Shown: positions 1 through 11,550 of the stretch, piece by piece
Layout: the number at the start of each line of letters is the position of its first letter
Position numbering within the stretch: position 1 is the stretch's first letter
NCBI GenBank assembly: GCA_000388065.2
Contig: KB932201.1
Direction: 5' to 3' (one strand)
Length of the DNA: 64,000 nt
From: Fonticula alba ATCC 38817
Lineage: Eukaryota > Protista > Nucleariida
Position numbers and translations under genes: made by a program
Notes under the pieces: model-generated
Told to the model about the DNA's origin: nothing
Database searches by the model: none
Seen by the model: only the letters and a program-made list of their open reading frames with translations

Positions 1-36
1 CCGTCCCTTCCTAACCTGCCCGAAACCACGCCACAG

Positions 37-857
37 AGTTCGACGATGCCAAGTTTCTCACCCTGGCCGAGGTCCTGCACCACATGGAGACCATCGAGTC
101 CGAGCATCTGAAGGCGCAGTCGGAAAACCGTTCCGGCATGCAGGCCAGCCTGGACACCCCCCGGCTGAGCCAAGTGTTTGATGAGACGCTGGCGTATGCC
201 CGGCAGTTTGTCCTGATGGATGTCAACCAGGAGCGCGTGTTGCGGGCATCCATCGAGTCCGTGGTGGCCGATCAGGACATCACTGCCGCGGTGGTCGGCG
301 CCTGTGGCGATGTCGATGACGCGGCTGCCGATCTCACCGAGGAGCAGCGCGAAGCTCTCATGAGCAAGCAGCTGACCTCGTACGAGATGTCGCAAATCTG
401 CAACCTTCTGCCTGAGGATCGCGAGGAGATGGATGCCCTGATTCCGAGGTGCGTCGGTCGGCGCTGGCCAGACGCAAAGATAGCAAGCACGGCGCCGGTC
501 CTTTCGCCAGGTGACCAAGCCACTTACTCAGTCTCTCCCCCCCCCCCTCCTCTCCCCGTCCTCGTCCGCTCTTTGCTTTGACTTCCCCCGGTGCCGGGCT
601 CTGCCGTCTTTCTTTCTCTCTCTCTCTCTCTCTCTCTTTCCCCCTGGTACAGTATCAAGACCAAGCTTGACAATGACAAGCGTGAGGAGATTGCCATTCT
701 GATCGAGCGCTCCAAGCAGCAGACCGCCGGTGATCACGACCGTATGGATGAGCTTGGGTCACTGACCGCGCCTGGGGCCTCGGGTGCTGGGCACCCAGAG
801 GTGGGTGGTTTCCCCGACTACCACCAGCATTCGATCAAGCCGGAGCAGGGCTACTAA
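37..857 (+). CDS. RPB4: RNA polymerase II subunit RPB4 (5' exon(s) lie upstream of the window); exons 37-448, 653-857
   Basis: CTAAC branch point (11-15) and CAG acceptor (34-36), then EFDDAKFLTLAEVLHHM...SQVFDETLAYARQF...LTSYEMSQICNLLPEDREEMDALIPS|IKTKLDNDK. This matches the RPB4 pattern (EF..A..L..SEV; F..TL.Y; E...L.NL.PE..EE...LIPS). GTGCGT..AG intron at 449-652 keeps the frame. Confidence 0.9.
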
Positions 858-1057
858 TTGGCGCCTAGGCAAGTGGGAAGCGAGGGGGGAGGGCCAGACG
901 TCGGCCTCTCCGCATGGATACCTTCCCCTGGCCGGCTCCTTGCTTTTTCTTCTTCTTCCCCCCTCCCCCCCTCCCTCCCCCTTGTCCTCCTCTTCGCGAA
1001 CATGCACCATATGCTGGAGCCTCCTCTTGTCTTACTTGATCTATTTTTGGAAGGTGC

Positions 1058-1644
1058 CTAAAAGTCCAGGAGGAGTTGGGGAAGATTCTGCTCCAGATGC
1101 GCAAGGGCAATTGTGTCGGCTCCCTCAGCTTGAGCGGTGGCGTGCGATCTGCGATAAGCCTCTGTGCCAAACGCCGGGTCAGTGTGTGTGTGTGTGTGTG
1201 TGTGTGTGGAATATGCCTGGACTGTGGATACCCTCCGGGCGCGGGGAAAGCAACATGTGTGACGCACCGACCACCAGCAGGCGCAAGTATTCGCCGACAA
1301 GGAGCGTTGCCTCGCGGGACACTGAAGACGGGGTCAGAATATTGCGGTTGACGGTGATCGGCGGCTGGTCAACAGCAAAATCGGCAACATACTTTTGGTG
1401 GAGGGGTTCGCGAATTCGGCTTGCATAATCAATGAGGCATCGGTCTGCATGGTGGCGGAACAGAAAGTCAGGGAAGAAGGGCAGTGTAGAGTGGGAGGGG
1501 GGGGGGAGGGAGTGGACAAAAAAGAGACAGGGGAGGGATAGATAGGAGAGCTAGGGACAACACAGATGCCAAGGAGAAATGGGTGGAGAAAGAGGCGAAG
1601 CGCACAGAGAGCACGGCCGGAGTGTCTTGCTGGGTATTAGACAT
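1058..1644 (-). CDS. CENPX: Centromere protein X / FANCM-associated histone-fold protein MHF2 (82 aa); exons 1644-1606, 1444-1393, 1321-1268, 1161-1058
   Basis: Manual splice gives MSNTQQDTPAVLSTDASLIMQAEFANPSTKMSREATLLVGEYLRLLVVEAYRRSHATAQAEGADTIALAHLEQNLPQLLLDF*. The C-terminal LE..LPQLLLDF and the FV/LVVEA..R....A..E pattern are CENP-X hallmarks. All three introns are GT-AG with consistent phases. Confidence 0.92.
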
Positions 1645-1720
1645 CTGACAGGAAAAGACTCGGCCCGGTGGGGCGGTCGGGGGCGAGGGAGGTGGCTGAG
1701 GGCAATGGCCGGGGAGGGGG

Positions 1721-1860
1721 NNNNNNNNNNNNNNNNNNNNNNNNNNNNNNNNNNNNNNNNNNNNNNNNNNNNNNNNNNNNNNNNNNNNNNNNNNNNNNNN
1801 NNNNNNNNNNNNNNNNNNNNNNNNNNNNNNNNNNNNNNNNNNNNNNNNNNNNNNNNNNNN
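1721..1860. other. Assembly gap (N run); further gaps at 27066-27100, 37957-38041 and 43001-43030
   Basis: N characters, mostly flanked by G runs. Confidence 1.
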
Positions 1861-2246
1861 GGGGGGGGCCGGAGGCACGAAATCTTCCTCTCGTTCTTTT
1901 CTGGCTCCCGATGGTGGTAGACAATGCCCAACCGTTTGATCGGAACGGGGGGCGGGCAACAGCAGGGAACAGTCGCCCGGGGCTCGTTGGCATGTGGGTA
2001 TGTTCTCTGAGGCGATCTTTCCCGTGCCGGGTTCTTTCAGGCCATTTTGTGGAAGCACACATTCGACGGGAGATCGTAGGCGCACACATCCCGCTCCCCG
2101 CCTGCGGCCCCAGCCCACACCTCCTTGTCGCCCCCCCCCACACTCGCACGCCGACATACACGCACGCACGCACGCACGCACCATTTCGTCCTCTGTCTTC
2201 CCCACACCTTCTTGCAGACGTTCTGAGCCCTTCCGCCATAGCCCAG

Positions 2247-5200
2247 ATGTCGACCGGGAGTTCGGGATCGCCCAAGCTGGACGGTCGCTCGCAAGGTATC
2301 GCCGCCTTCACGTTCGCCCACTCCGACCTCGCTTTTCGCGATGTCCCGCCCCCCCTCCCCCCCTCCCCCTCCTCCCTTCTTCTTTCCCCCGCCCCTTGGG
2401 CCCAGACCCGCAAGCCCACCAATCTGACCTCCGGACTATGCAGATGGTATCCCTGATATCCGCCAGCTTTTGGGCCGATCGTCAGATGGGCGCCAGGTTC
2501 GAGCAGACCAAAGCCTCTCCACAGCTCCGCCCTCAGAACCCGGCCCGAGCGCCTTGCCGGTTGAGGAGGAGCAGCCGAGCTTGGTTTCCTTCCTCTCGGC
2601 CCGCAAGCATGACATTCGACGGGGGCAAATGTCCAATCAGAACAGGCAGGTCCGGTCGAATCTCTCCGAGTCCTCCCTGGCTGGTATGCAGCCGGCTGCC
2701 CCGGGTGCTGCGGCGGTTTCCGCCGGGCCGATTGCCGCGGTTGCCTCTGCTGTGCCAGCTGCGTCGGCAGCACCGGCCACTTCGACCCCGGCACCGAGTG
2801 CGCCAAGCATCTCCGCCCCTTCGGAGCCGCCAGCCCACGCCGAGCGCCCAATCGGCCCATCTCCCCTGGAAGCACAACTTCGCTCGGTGCTGCTGACGAA
2901 TTCGTGGGCCAGCAACACAGCCGCCCCTTCGGCGGGAGGCACACCGCCGCTGCCCTCATTGCCGCCCCTGCCGCCACTGTCTCAGGGAGGGGTCCCACGC
3001 GCAGCACCGGCTGCCGGATTGCATCCCACACAATCGGGCGAGCCCGAGTCCCTGGCCGATGTGGTTTCCATGGATGCGGTCGCCCCCTCGGGAAGCCCTT
3101 CACGTCGACCGGCTGGTCATGTTGATCCACCGGGGCCCACCAAGCGCGCGGTTCCGGCCGCCAATCCGGCCGCCCCGAGCACGCGCTTCCCCACCCTCCC
3201 CGCGCACTTGGACACGGTGAATATCCCGGCGCGCGCGTCCCCCTTGTCGGCGGATCCCTTCTATGCGAACATCAAGCCCCGGGTTTATCCCTCGGGCAGT
3301 GGCGCGAGCGCGCCGGCTCCCCCGACTCCGGCCCCACATCCGGCCACCTACAACTCCCTGCCCTCCTCCGGGGCGGCTGGCCTGGTGACACTGTCGCCAG
3401 CCCGCCCGGGTGTCCAGCTGACCCGCTCGGCGTCGCCGCACACGCCGCTCATCGCCCCGCCGGCTGGCGCTGCTCGCGGAATAACGGGAGCTCCCGCGCC
3501 AGCCGCCGATGCCGCCATTCTCGGGTCTCTCATTGCCCACTGGGACAGCGAAGCACGGGAGGCCGTGTCGAATGTCATCCCCACATATCAGGTCCGTGTG
3601 CGGCGAAGAAGAGAAAGAACAGAAACCAAACCCTCCCTCGCCCCTGCCACGCGTGCGTCTTGCACCTCTCGGCTCACCTGCCACCCAAGGACAGAAGAAC
3701 CTCCTGGATACGATGCTGGTGTTTGAGGCCCGTGTTCACTCGGATCGGGCGCTCTTCCGATCGCTGCTCCTGTCAACCACGGCGCCGGAGGCCGACACGC
3801 CCGAGTCCGGGGACGGGCTACTTGGGGCAGTCAATTTGGCCGTCGAGCGTCTTTCCTCCCTCCTGTCGCGTGTGGAGGTGGAGCACCTCCGGTACGTGCC
3901 TCGCCATGTCTCTTGGCCGATGGCCCGGCATTTGCGCACCGGGCTGACCCATGTTGCGAAGGATTTCCTCAACCGCCGCGGACTTGGTGAGCAAAATGTC
4001 CCTGGCACAGGACCTCCTTCCGGAAACCGGCACCGGGTACCATGAGTCCTCCTTCAATGGGGGAGCCAGTGCTGGGGCTCATGTGTCTTCCCTGGCGAGG
4101 CTGGCTCGCGTGGATGCCCTGCTCGACGAGGCGGACAACGAGCAGGACCGCTCGTCCCGTGCCTTCCGCGACCATGGGTGGCTTTTCCTTTCCTGGATTC
4201 TCCGTGGTATGTGGCCGCACCGGGGCTCCCTGCCCTTCTGTCCGTGAGCCGACCCTTGTCCGGGACAGGGGGGAGGGGGGGGGGGGACATGCATGTGCCA
4301 ACCCGACTAACGACGACCGTGCACACAGCCCTGGCATATGGCATCTGGGCCACCGAGAGGACCATCTTCTATGCGGTGCGGGCGATGCGCCCGACGCCGG
4401 GGGGGGCCTCAACAACCGCACGGACATCGGGGGCCTCAGCGGGGTTCGGCTCGGCCGGGCCTCAGCCGACTTCGCTGCTCAGTGAATTCCTCACATCGCC
4501 GTCCACTCCCGTGACGTCGGGAACAGCAGGGCTGGCCGATGGGCTGGGTTTCGTGTCGCCTCGGTCCTTCGGGTATGATCTGCCGGCTGATCCGGCCGGG
4601 CCGGGGGAGTCCCCGGCCTCCTCTTCGCCCGAGGCCACCCCCGAGAAGGGATCACGGCATTCGCGCGCGGCCACGCCCCTGCCGGCCGGGGAGTCGCCGT
4701 TTGATTTGCTCCCGGAGCCGGCATCTCTTGGACTGGCGCAGGGCGATGGCAGCCATGTGTCCCTGGGGGGGGGCGTCCGCTCGGCCGGTGGGTCGCCCTC
4801 GCCCGCGGGCCCAACAACCCCGACGCCGGTTGGCGCCGCTGGGCGGATTCTCAATCGCCGGCGTCGGCTGTCCTCGGTGTCGATGGCGTCGCGCTCGTCG
4901 CTCGACTCGCCGGATACCATGTCGCCGCTGCACGCCCGCCTGGCCTCGGAGGAGGAGGAGGATGCACAGCTGAACCCCACCGGCATGTCTTCCCTCTCGC
5001 GGTCATACTCGCTGTATGCATCACCGTTGTTCGGGGGCACCAGTCCGGCGGCTGGCAGTCCCGCCGGCAGCGGATACTCCCCCATGATGCATGGACAGGG
5101 CTCGCACCTGGCCGGGGCATTTTCCTCCTCGCTGTCGGTTTTGTCACCGTCGACGGTGGGCGGCACGCGATCCGGATCGCCGGCTGGCGTGGAGTACCTT

Positions 5201-5587
5201 TCGCCGCTCGGGAGCAGCCGGGCGGCGGCCCTTCACAGTTCATACATGCGACGGGCATCGTCTTTGTCCACCGGCCTGTCGACCCTGCTAAGTGGATCTT
5301 CACCAGGGCTCGAGGCGGCAGTGGCCGGGATCTCGGGCCCGAGCGGCCTGTCCCCGGTGTCCATGGGTGGCAGCGGCACGCACAGCCCCTCGGTCGGTGC
5401 CTTTGCTTTGGGAGGCGCCGCGGGAAGCCCGAGCCTCGGGTCGGGTGGGTCGTCCTCCGAATCAACGCCTCTGCTGGAGGGGGTGCTCCTACGTCGCCAA
5501 ACGGCCCAGGCACGGCAGTCGTCGTCCCTGCGGTCTCCGCTGACACTGGTCAGCGAGTATGACGGCGGGGATGTCGACTCGGACTAG
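2247..5587 (+). CDS. Hypothetical protein: Pro/Ala-rich N-terminus, helical core (~3696-4400), Ser-rich C-terminus; splice model partly uncertain
   Basis: Long same-strand coding-like ORFs 2470-3726, 3509-4045, 3951-4247 and 4178-5587. Plausible junctions are MSTGSSGSPKLDGRSQ|DGIPDIRQLLG and IPTYQ|KNLLDTMLVFEARVH. No family recognised, and the junctions around 3890-4300 are not resolved. Confidence 0.6.
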
Positions 5588-5828
5588 GGGGCAGCCGATC
5601 TGCCCTCTCCCGATGCTCTGATACCGGCAGGAAATGCCACGTCAAGCGGGGGGAGAGGGGGGAAAAAAAAGCCTTGTCAGGATTGTATTTTATTCTTCTT
5701 TTTATTGGGAGGCCAAGCGCGCCTGGCGCAGGGAAGGAAGAAGGCTGGATTGGGGCAATGGCAGAGGGGATGACACTTAAAACGAGTGCGCAGGCGGGTG
5801 GGATGGGGGAGGGGGACGGGTTGTGAAA

Positions 5829-6429
5829 TTACTTCTTAACCTTGTCAAGCTCGGCCCTGTGTAGGGATAAAAATGGGGTGGTCAGTACACATGGGAGAGG
5901 AAGGGGGAGGGAGAGAGAGAGAGAGAGATAGAGGGGGGGGGGGAGGAGGGGGAGACGGATGGACGGAGATGAACGAGGGAATGTCGATCGGGCGAAGGGA
6001 TCTATCCCTCTGGCGGGGACAGGCGATCCCAGAGGAAAGACAGGAAGACGTACTTGACGCGGTTGAGGAAGTCGTCCTCGATGGTGTCGTCGTCCCACTT
6101 CTCCTCCCACAGGGCCTCGACCTTGGTGGCAGCATCGCCGGCGGTGGAAATGTCCCACTCTGGGTGTCGGAAAGGCGGGATTGGAGTGAGCTTCTTCTTT
6201 TCGAGCGAGAGAACCGGCTCGGAGGCAGGAAACACGGCAGCAGGTTGAAGGGAGGGGACAAAGAGGCAGCATGGGGGCGACACGTACCCTCAGTGACGAA
6301 CTCCTCAAACTCGTCATCCTCCTCGAGGGACGCGAATAGGGAGGGAGCCGGGGCGGCCGGAGCCTCGGCAGCCGGGGCAGCCGGGGTGGCGGCCGGGGTG
6401 GTGTCGCTCTTGGAAAGCTTGCCAGACAT
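5829..6429 (-). CDS. SEM1: 26S proteasome/TREX-2/BRCA2-associated subunit SEM1 (DSS1); exons 6429-6288, 6159-6054, 5856-5829
   Basis: Spliced product ...SLEEDDEFEEFVTEEWDIS...LWEEKWDDDTIEDDFLNRVKAELDKVKK* contains the DSS1 signatures LEEDDEFEEF and WE..WDDD..EDDF...L.AEL. Both introns have GTACGT donors. Confidence 0.96.
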
Positions 6430-9091
6430 GTTGGAAGGGGGGGGGGAGGGAAAGCGGGGGGGGGGGGGGGGGGGAGATGCGCAATGGTCACTTCTGGAAT
6501 CTGGGCTCAACCGCGCCGAGATCGGCCAGGACAGCTTCGGATAAGTATCGTCGATGTGGGGTGTCCGTTTAGTGGTGGCAGCAGTGGCTTGTCATTGCCC
6601 GGTGACCTTGATCACATGCCTTGTCATTTCAAGGACAGCACCGACTGCCCATGCAACTGTGCGACTCTGTGAGCGGACAGAGAAAAGCCGGACGTGTGGT
6701 AGGTGCCAATGAAGGAGCAAGGCCGTCGGAAAGACCGACCCACATCCGCTAGCAACTCGCTCAGGGCCCTTGTCCGAAGGAAAGATCCTGCAGATGCCGG
6801 GCCGATTTCGCGCTTGGGACCGTGGCGCACTCCTCTCGGCTTAATCCTGCGCCGGACCAGTGTGAATCCTTGTGAGGATTGTGCCGGAAGGCCCGCTGTT
6901 GGTGGCTGACCTTCGAGCACGAGGGCAGAGGAACATATCGACCAAGGGGGGGATCCCCGTCTGGGGTCTGTATCAATGAGGGCCGGTAAGATGGCTTGGG
7001 TCAAGTGTGCGAGCGGGCAACATGGGAAGAAAGTCGGGACACAGGCAGGGCCCCTCAAAAGGAGGCACTGGAATAGGCACTCATTGGACAGGCTGGCACT
7101 TGCGCCATCATCACCCCCGCATACCTTTCGACAAGCGGCTGCTCGGTCTTACGCTCTCACGGGCCCCCTGGGCCGAGCCTTCTCTGGCCTTTGGATCCAG
7201 TCAAGGGGTGGATTTGAAGACCCTACGCGACGGGGCCCGGCCCCTCACACAACGCCCTCCCCCGCGAGGAGCGCACACACACCTGTGCAATATCGGCGGC
7301 TGGCGGGCCGTTGTCAGACCCGACGTTCCTCTGGGGGGGGGGGTGGGGGGGGGCGCCGTTCGATATAACGCGCGGAGGGGTATCCTCCAAACCCGATCAA
7401 GCCCATCAGTCAATGAGTTACGTTCTACACGAATCCAGTCCCGTGAGATGGCCCTTCATTGTGGAATAGCATTCTCCCGAGGAGGAACGCGGGGTACGAA
7501 GACAGCCAAGGAGAGGGGCCCCCGGCGCACGGCCACCATGGCGGCTCACCACAGGAGGGAGACACCGAGACGCGCGCGCTGGGGTCTCAGATCCTCCCTT
7601 CGGCCGAGTCCAGGGCCAAATAAGGGGGCTCCCAAGAGCGAAGGCCTTTGCGGCTGTGTGCGGGCCCTCCAAGGAGAACGCGAAGGCAAACCTGGGGCCG
7701 CGGTCCTGCCGGTGGCCATCTACTCCAAGGCTTCCCCCATCACGAACGGCCCTTTTTATTATTCGAAGTGTTTTTTATTTTTCCTTATCCCCCCAGTTGG
7801 CCGTGCACGAGTTGTTGTGTCCACCCCGCTTTCGGGCTATGGCCGTATCCCCTGGTTCGGTGCGCCCTCCCCCTTGATGCCCCCCCCCCCCCCCGGGGGA
7901 GTCCCCTCGCAGTGGCAGGATTTCCGGTATAGCTTCCGTCAAAGGAGTGAGGCTTTGACGTAAGGCTGGATCCGTGAGAACCCAGCCACAGTTGGCAGTC
8001 CATGCCCTCGTTTGAATTGCTTCCCGAAAAGATGTGGACAGCCACATCTCGGGCGCTTCGTCCAACCGGCTACCGAGCGGCGGCCGGGGGAGCGTGGGGG
8101 CGGAGCGAGGGGGGGGGGGGGAGACGGCCATCCCTGCGGGAGCCGCCCCCGGGAGGGTGGTGGTGTGCGGGATAGGGGATGTGCCCGACCGGCGCGCCGC
8201 CGGAAATGAGCCCTCTTGCACTGGGTTTCCGTGACAGGATTGTGCAGGGGTCCCCTTCACGAGGCCGCTGGGGGTCGGGGGGGGGGGGGGGAGGGGAGGG
8301 GGGCAACTCAAAGTCGAGCCGGGCGGGGAGTATTCGGCTTTCTTTCTCTTTCACCACCCCGAGGGCCGGCGTGGCGCCGAGAAGCAGGGACCGGACGGCG
8401 AGCGGTCCCCGAGGAAGTGCTATTGCGTCACAGGCCGGCTGGGAAAAAGGGAGAACGAGCGGAGACGCGGACATGCAGGCTAAGGGAGTGGGCAGAAGCC
8501 GAGGCGGATACCATGTCATCCGTCGTCAAGCTTGTTGGTGGGGAGAGCTTTTTTTCTCTCGCTCCCGCCGTTTTTCCATCGATTCCGGATGGGTCTCCGT
8601 GTGCCTTTGGCGGATCCCTACCCCCTTCCCCGCCGGCGGGAAGCATCCCCCGGGCCATGGCGCGTGGGTGTACCGCAATTTATCCCGCTCCCTACCGACC
8701 CCTTTCTGGGCGCCGGTGCCGATGAGCGCCAATCCGGTCAGCACGCTCATTTCCCTTGATCCCGGAGATCTACCTCCGAGAAGGGCGAGGGGGGAGGGGG
8801 AGGGCAAATGAGAGGGCCGGGCAAGGCCCAGGCCGACGGGGATGGTCATCCAAATTTTAGTGCGGCCACCACCACCGGGCGCGGCCGGCCCGTCTCAGGC
8901 CCTGGTCAGCTGTCTTCCGCTCACGCCATCCGGCCTCTGTGTATGCCACCTTCTTGTCCCCTTCCTCCTCCCTCCTCCCTCCTCCCTCTTCCTTCCTGCC
9001 TCGCTCCTCCCCCGCCCCCCTCCCGCATCCACTCCTCCCGATTCCCCGAGCCCAGAGCACCAGGCTCTGTATCCTTCAAAGAAGAAGGACC

Positions 9092-11240
9092 ATGAATCTG
9101 CCGAAGGGGCACATGTCGGACCCCCTGCCCCATGGTGGCCCGTGCTGGCCGGCCGCCGGGTCCCTTGTCGAAGCTTACAGCGAGGCATCCGGCAACTTCC
9201 TCCTGTCAATGGTGATCCTGGCACCAAGCTCGGGGGATGGGCAGGTTTTGGTGCACCCACTTTTCACCCCGCACTTGGCCTTCACGCCGGCGGGCAATTT
9301 GCGGTCCATCTCCCCGGAGCGCGCTCTCTTTGCCCTCTACCAGCACAGCCTGCTGGCTGGGCGCTTCCACAGCCCCGGGCTGCCGCCGGTTTCGCCGATC
9401 GTGGCCCCGCCGCCGCAGTCCCTGCCATCGCCGGGGCCCCGGCACCAGCACCCGCAGTGTTCGACGCCGATGGACGTCTTTGCGGCCTCCCTGGCGGAGC
9501 CGCTGCGCCTGTACGCCCCCTGGACCGACAACTTCTTCCACCCGGCCACCCTCGTGGGCAGCCTGCCGAATGGCCTGGTTGAGGTTGTCTTTGACTCGGC
9601 TGCCTCGCAGCCGCATGCCATCAAGCCGGAGTTCCTGCACCTGCGTATGTCGCGCTATTCCCTCGCCGCCAGTCTCTGCCCCCTTCCCTCGGCCCTTCCC
9701 CTTTCCCCCTGCCCCCTTTGGACCACGCTCACCATTTTATCCGCTCCCCGCCCCCCCCCCCCCCCCCCGTCTGGCCACAGGCTGCTTCTATCCCCCTCCC
9801 CACCATCATGTCATGGCTTCGCCTGTGGACCCGCGCCTGGTGGCGCACCACCCGTCGATTGCTCCGATTCCCGGGCGCCCCTTGATGTTCTACGGGACCG
9901 GCCCGGGGCTGGCTCCGCAGCCGGAGGGCATGCCTCCAAGCATGGGGGTCACGCCGGGATGGCCTGCCTGTGAGGAGTATTTCAGCCCGGCGGCCGAGCT
10001 GACCCCCAGCCCGGCGGCCAGCCCGATGGGCCTTCCTGCGGTCGACCCCCCGGCCGGCCGGGTGGCCAGCCCGATGGCCAACCACCCGACAGCCAGCTCG
10101 GCAGCTGGCCAGGCGGGCCGTCCTGTGGCCAGTCCGGCGGCCGGCCCGGCAGCCGGCCGGCCGGTGACCACGCGACCTATCCACGGGGCGAAGGTCCCCG
10201 GGAAGGACCAATCGACCGGCCCTTCGAGGGCAACCCCGTCGCCGTTCAAAAGCCCGAAGCACGCCAGCGGCCCCTTCTCGACGCCGCCTCCGCCTCCTTC
10301 GAAGTCGGTGACACTGCTCAGGCGCCTGGACAAGGGCGACCTCGCCACCGGGGGGCCCACCTCCCCCAAGCTCAAGGACTTGCGCTCCACTTCCAAGGCA
10401 GCTGGTGCCTCGACCCGGGGCAAGTCCGCCGACGCCCACTCGCACCCCTCGATGTCGGCTGGTGCTGCCGATGCTCCAAGCCCAAAGCCCGGCAAGTCGA
10501 CCATGAAGGCACCCCACCGGAAGGATCACACAGGCCCCAAGGCCGGGCGCGACCCCGTGGCCCCGAAGGACCGCGAGGATCTTCCCGGTGTCGACGGCAT
10601 CCCGGCTGGCAAGGAGGACCCCCCGAGCGCCAAGGACCGGGGGGATGGCGGAGCCTACCCGGTGCCGGCCTCCGTGGTCCCCGCCTCGGACTGCCCGGAG
10701 ACCCCCTCGCCGGGACTCGACTGGTCGAAGGTGTCTGACAAGAAGAAGAACAAGAAGCCCAAGAAGAAGCCGGCCAGCTCGCAACAGCTGCCCACCCCCC
10801 TGGACGACTCATCCGGGACAACCTCCCATCCGGCTCCCGGGTCGGCTTCGGATCCGCCCGTGGCCTCGACCCTGGCCGACGATTCGACCCCTGGCTCGGG
10901 TTGCACCTCGTCCCCCGGGTCGGGCTCCGGTTCGGCCTTCTCGCCTCGGCCGCCGCGAGTTCCCTCTCGGTCGACCACTTGGATTCTGCATCCACTGGCG
11001 ACGGAGCATTCCTCCTCGGAGGACATCCTCCGACTGTTTGCCCCCTTCCAGGGGGTAACCGTTGATGGCATCTCGGCGCAAGCCGATGGCACACGCTATT
11101 CACATGTAACTCTTCCCCCGACTGTGACCCTCTCGCGGGCCAACCGCCACCTCCAGTCGGTTCAGGCATCGTCCGGCTCCCCTCCGACCATGCTCCACCG
11201 CCGGCTGGCGGTCCTCCCGGCCTCGACGACCATCACCTAG
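9092..11240 (+). CDS. Hypothetical protein with two Tudor/Agenet-like repeats, a Pro/Lys-rich linker with NLS and a C-terminal RRM-like segment; exons ~9092-9644, 9781-11240
   Basis: LYAPWTDNFFHPATLVGSLPNGLVEVVFD fits the Tudor pattern A.W.D..(F/Y)(Y/H)PA.(I/L)......G...V.FD, with a weaker copy upstream (WPAAGSLVEAYSEASGNF). KKKNKKPKKK is a basic cluster. The GTATGT..CAG intron 9645-9780 joins the two long ORFs in frame. The start codon is uncertain. Confidence 0.65.
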
Positions 11241-11550
11241 ACTGCCCGCCCCTGCTGTGGAAGTCTCCGCCCCTCCCGCCATTCGAAGCGCGCCCCTTTC
11301 CCACTCCCCCTCTCAGGGGATCAGGCCTGCCCGGTTGCACAGAGCCCATAGTGTCCCCCCCCCCCCCCCCTCCCCTGTACATCGAGGCCAACTTGTGGTC
11401 TGGTTCTTGCTTTCGTCATATTATACATCGTGTGTGGACATGCCCCATGTCAGGGACCAGGAAGGAGAGAGGCCGGAAGAGAGCCCAACAGGGACACCGG
11501 GCAGGGAGATGCGCTTCTGGGGCGGATATCTACCGCCGGGCATGCCCCCC

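Noticed and set aside
3600-4400. Faint resemblance of the orphan's core (YQKNLL...FEAR) to Spo7/CNEP1R1
   Set aside because: Only a few residues match, and the expected twin TM helices right after the motif are absent.
6677-6683. ACAGAGA resembling the U6 snRNA box
   Set aside because: Not followed by the conserved AGATTAGCATGGC, and no other U6 features are present.
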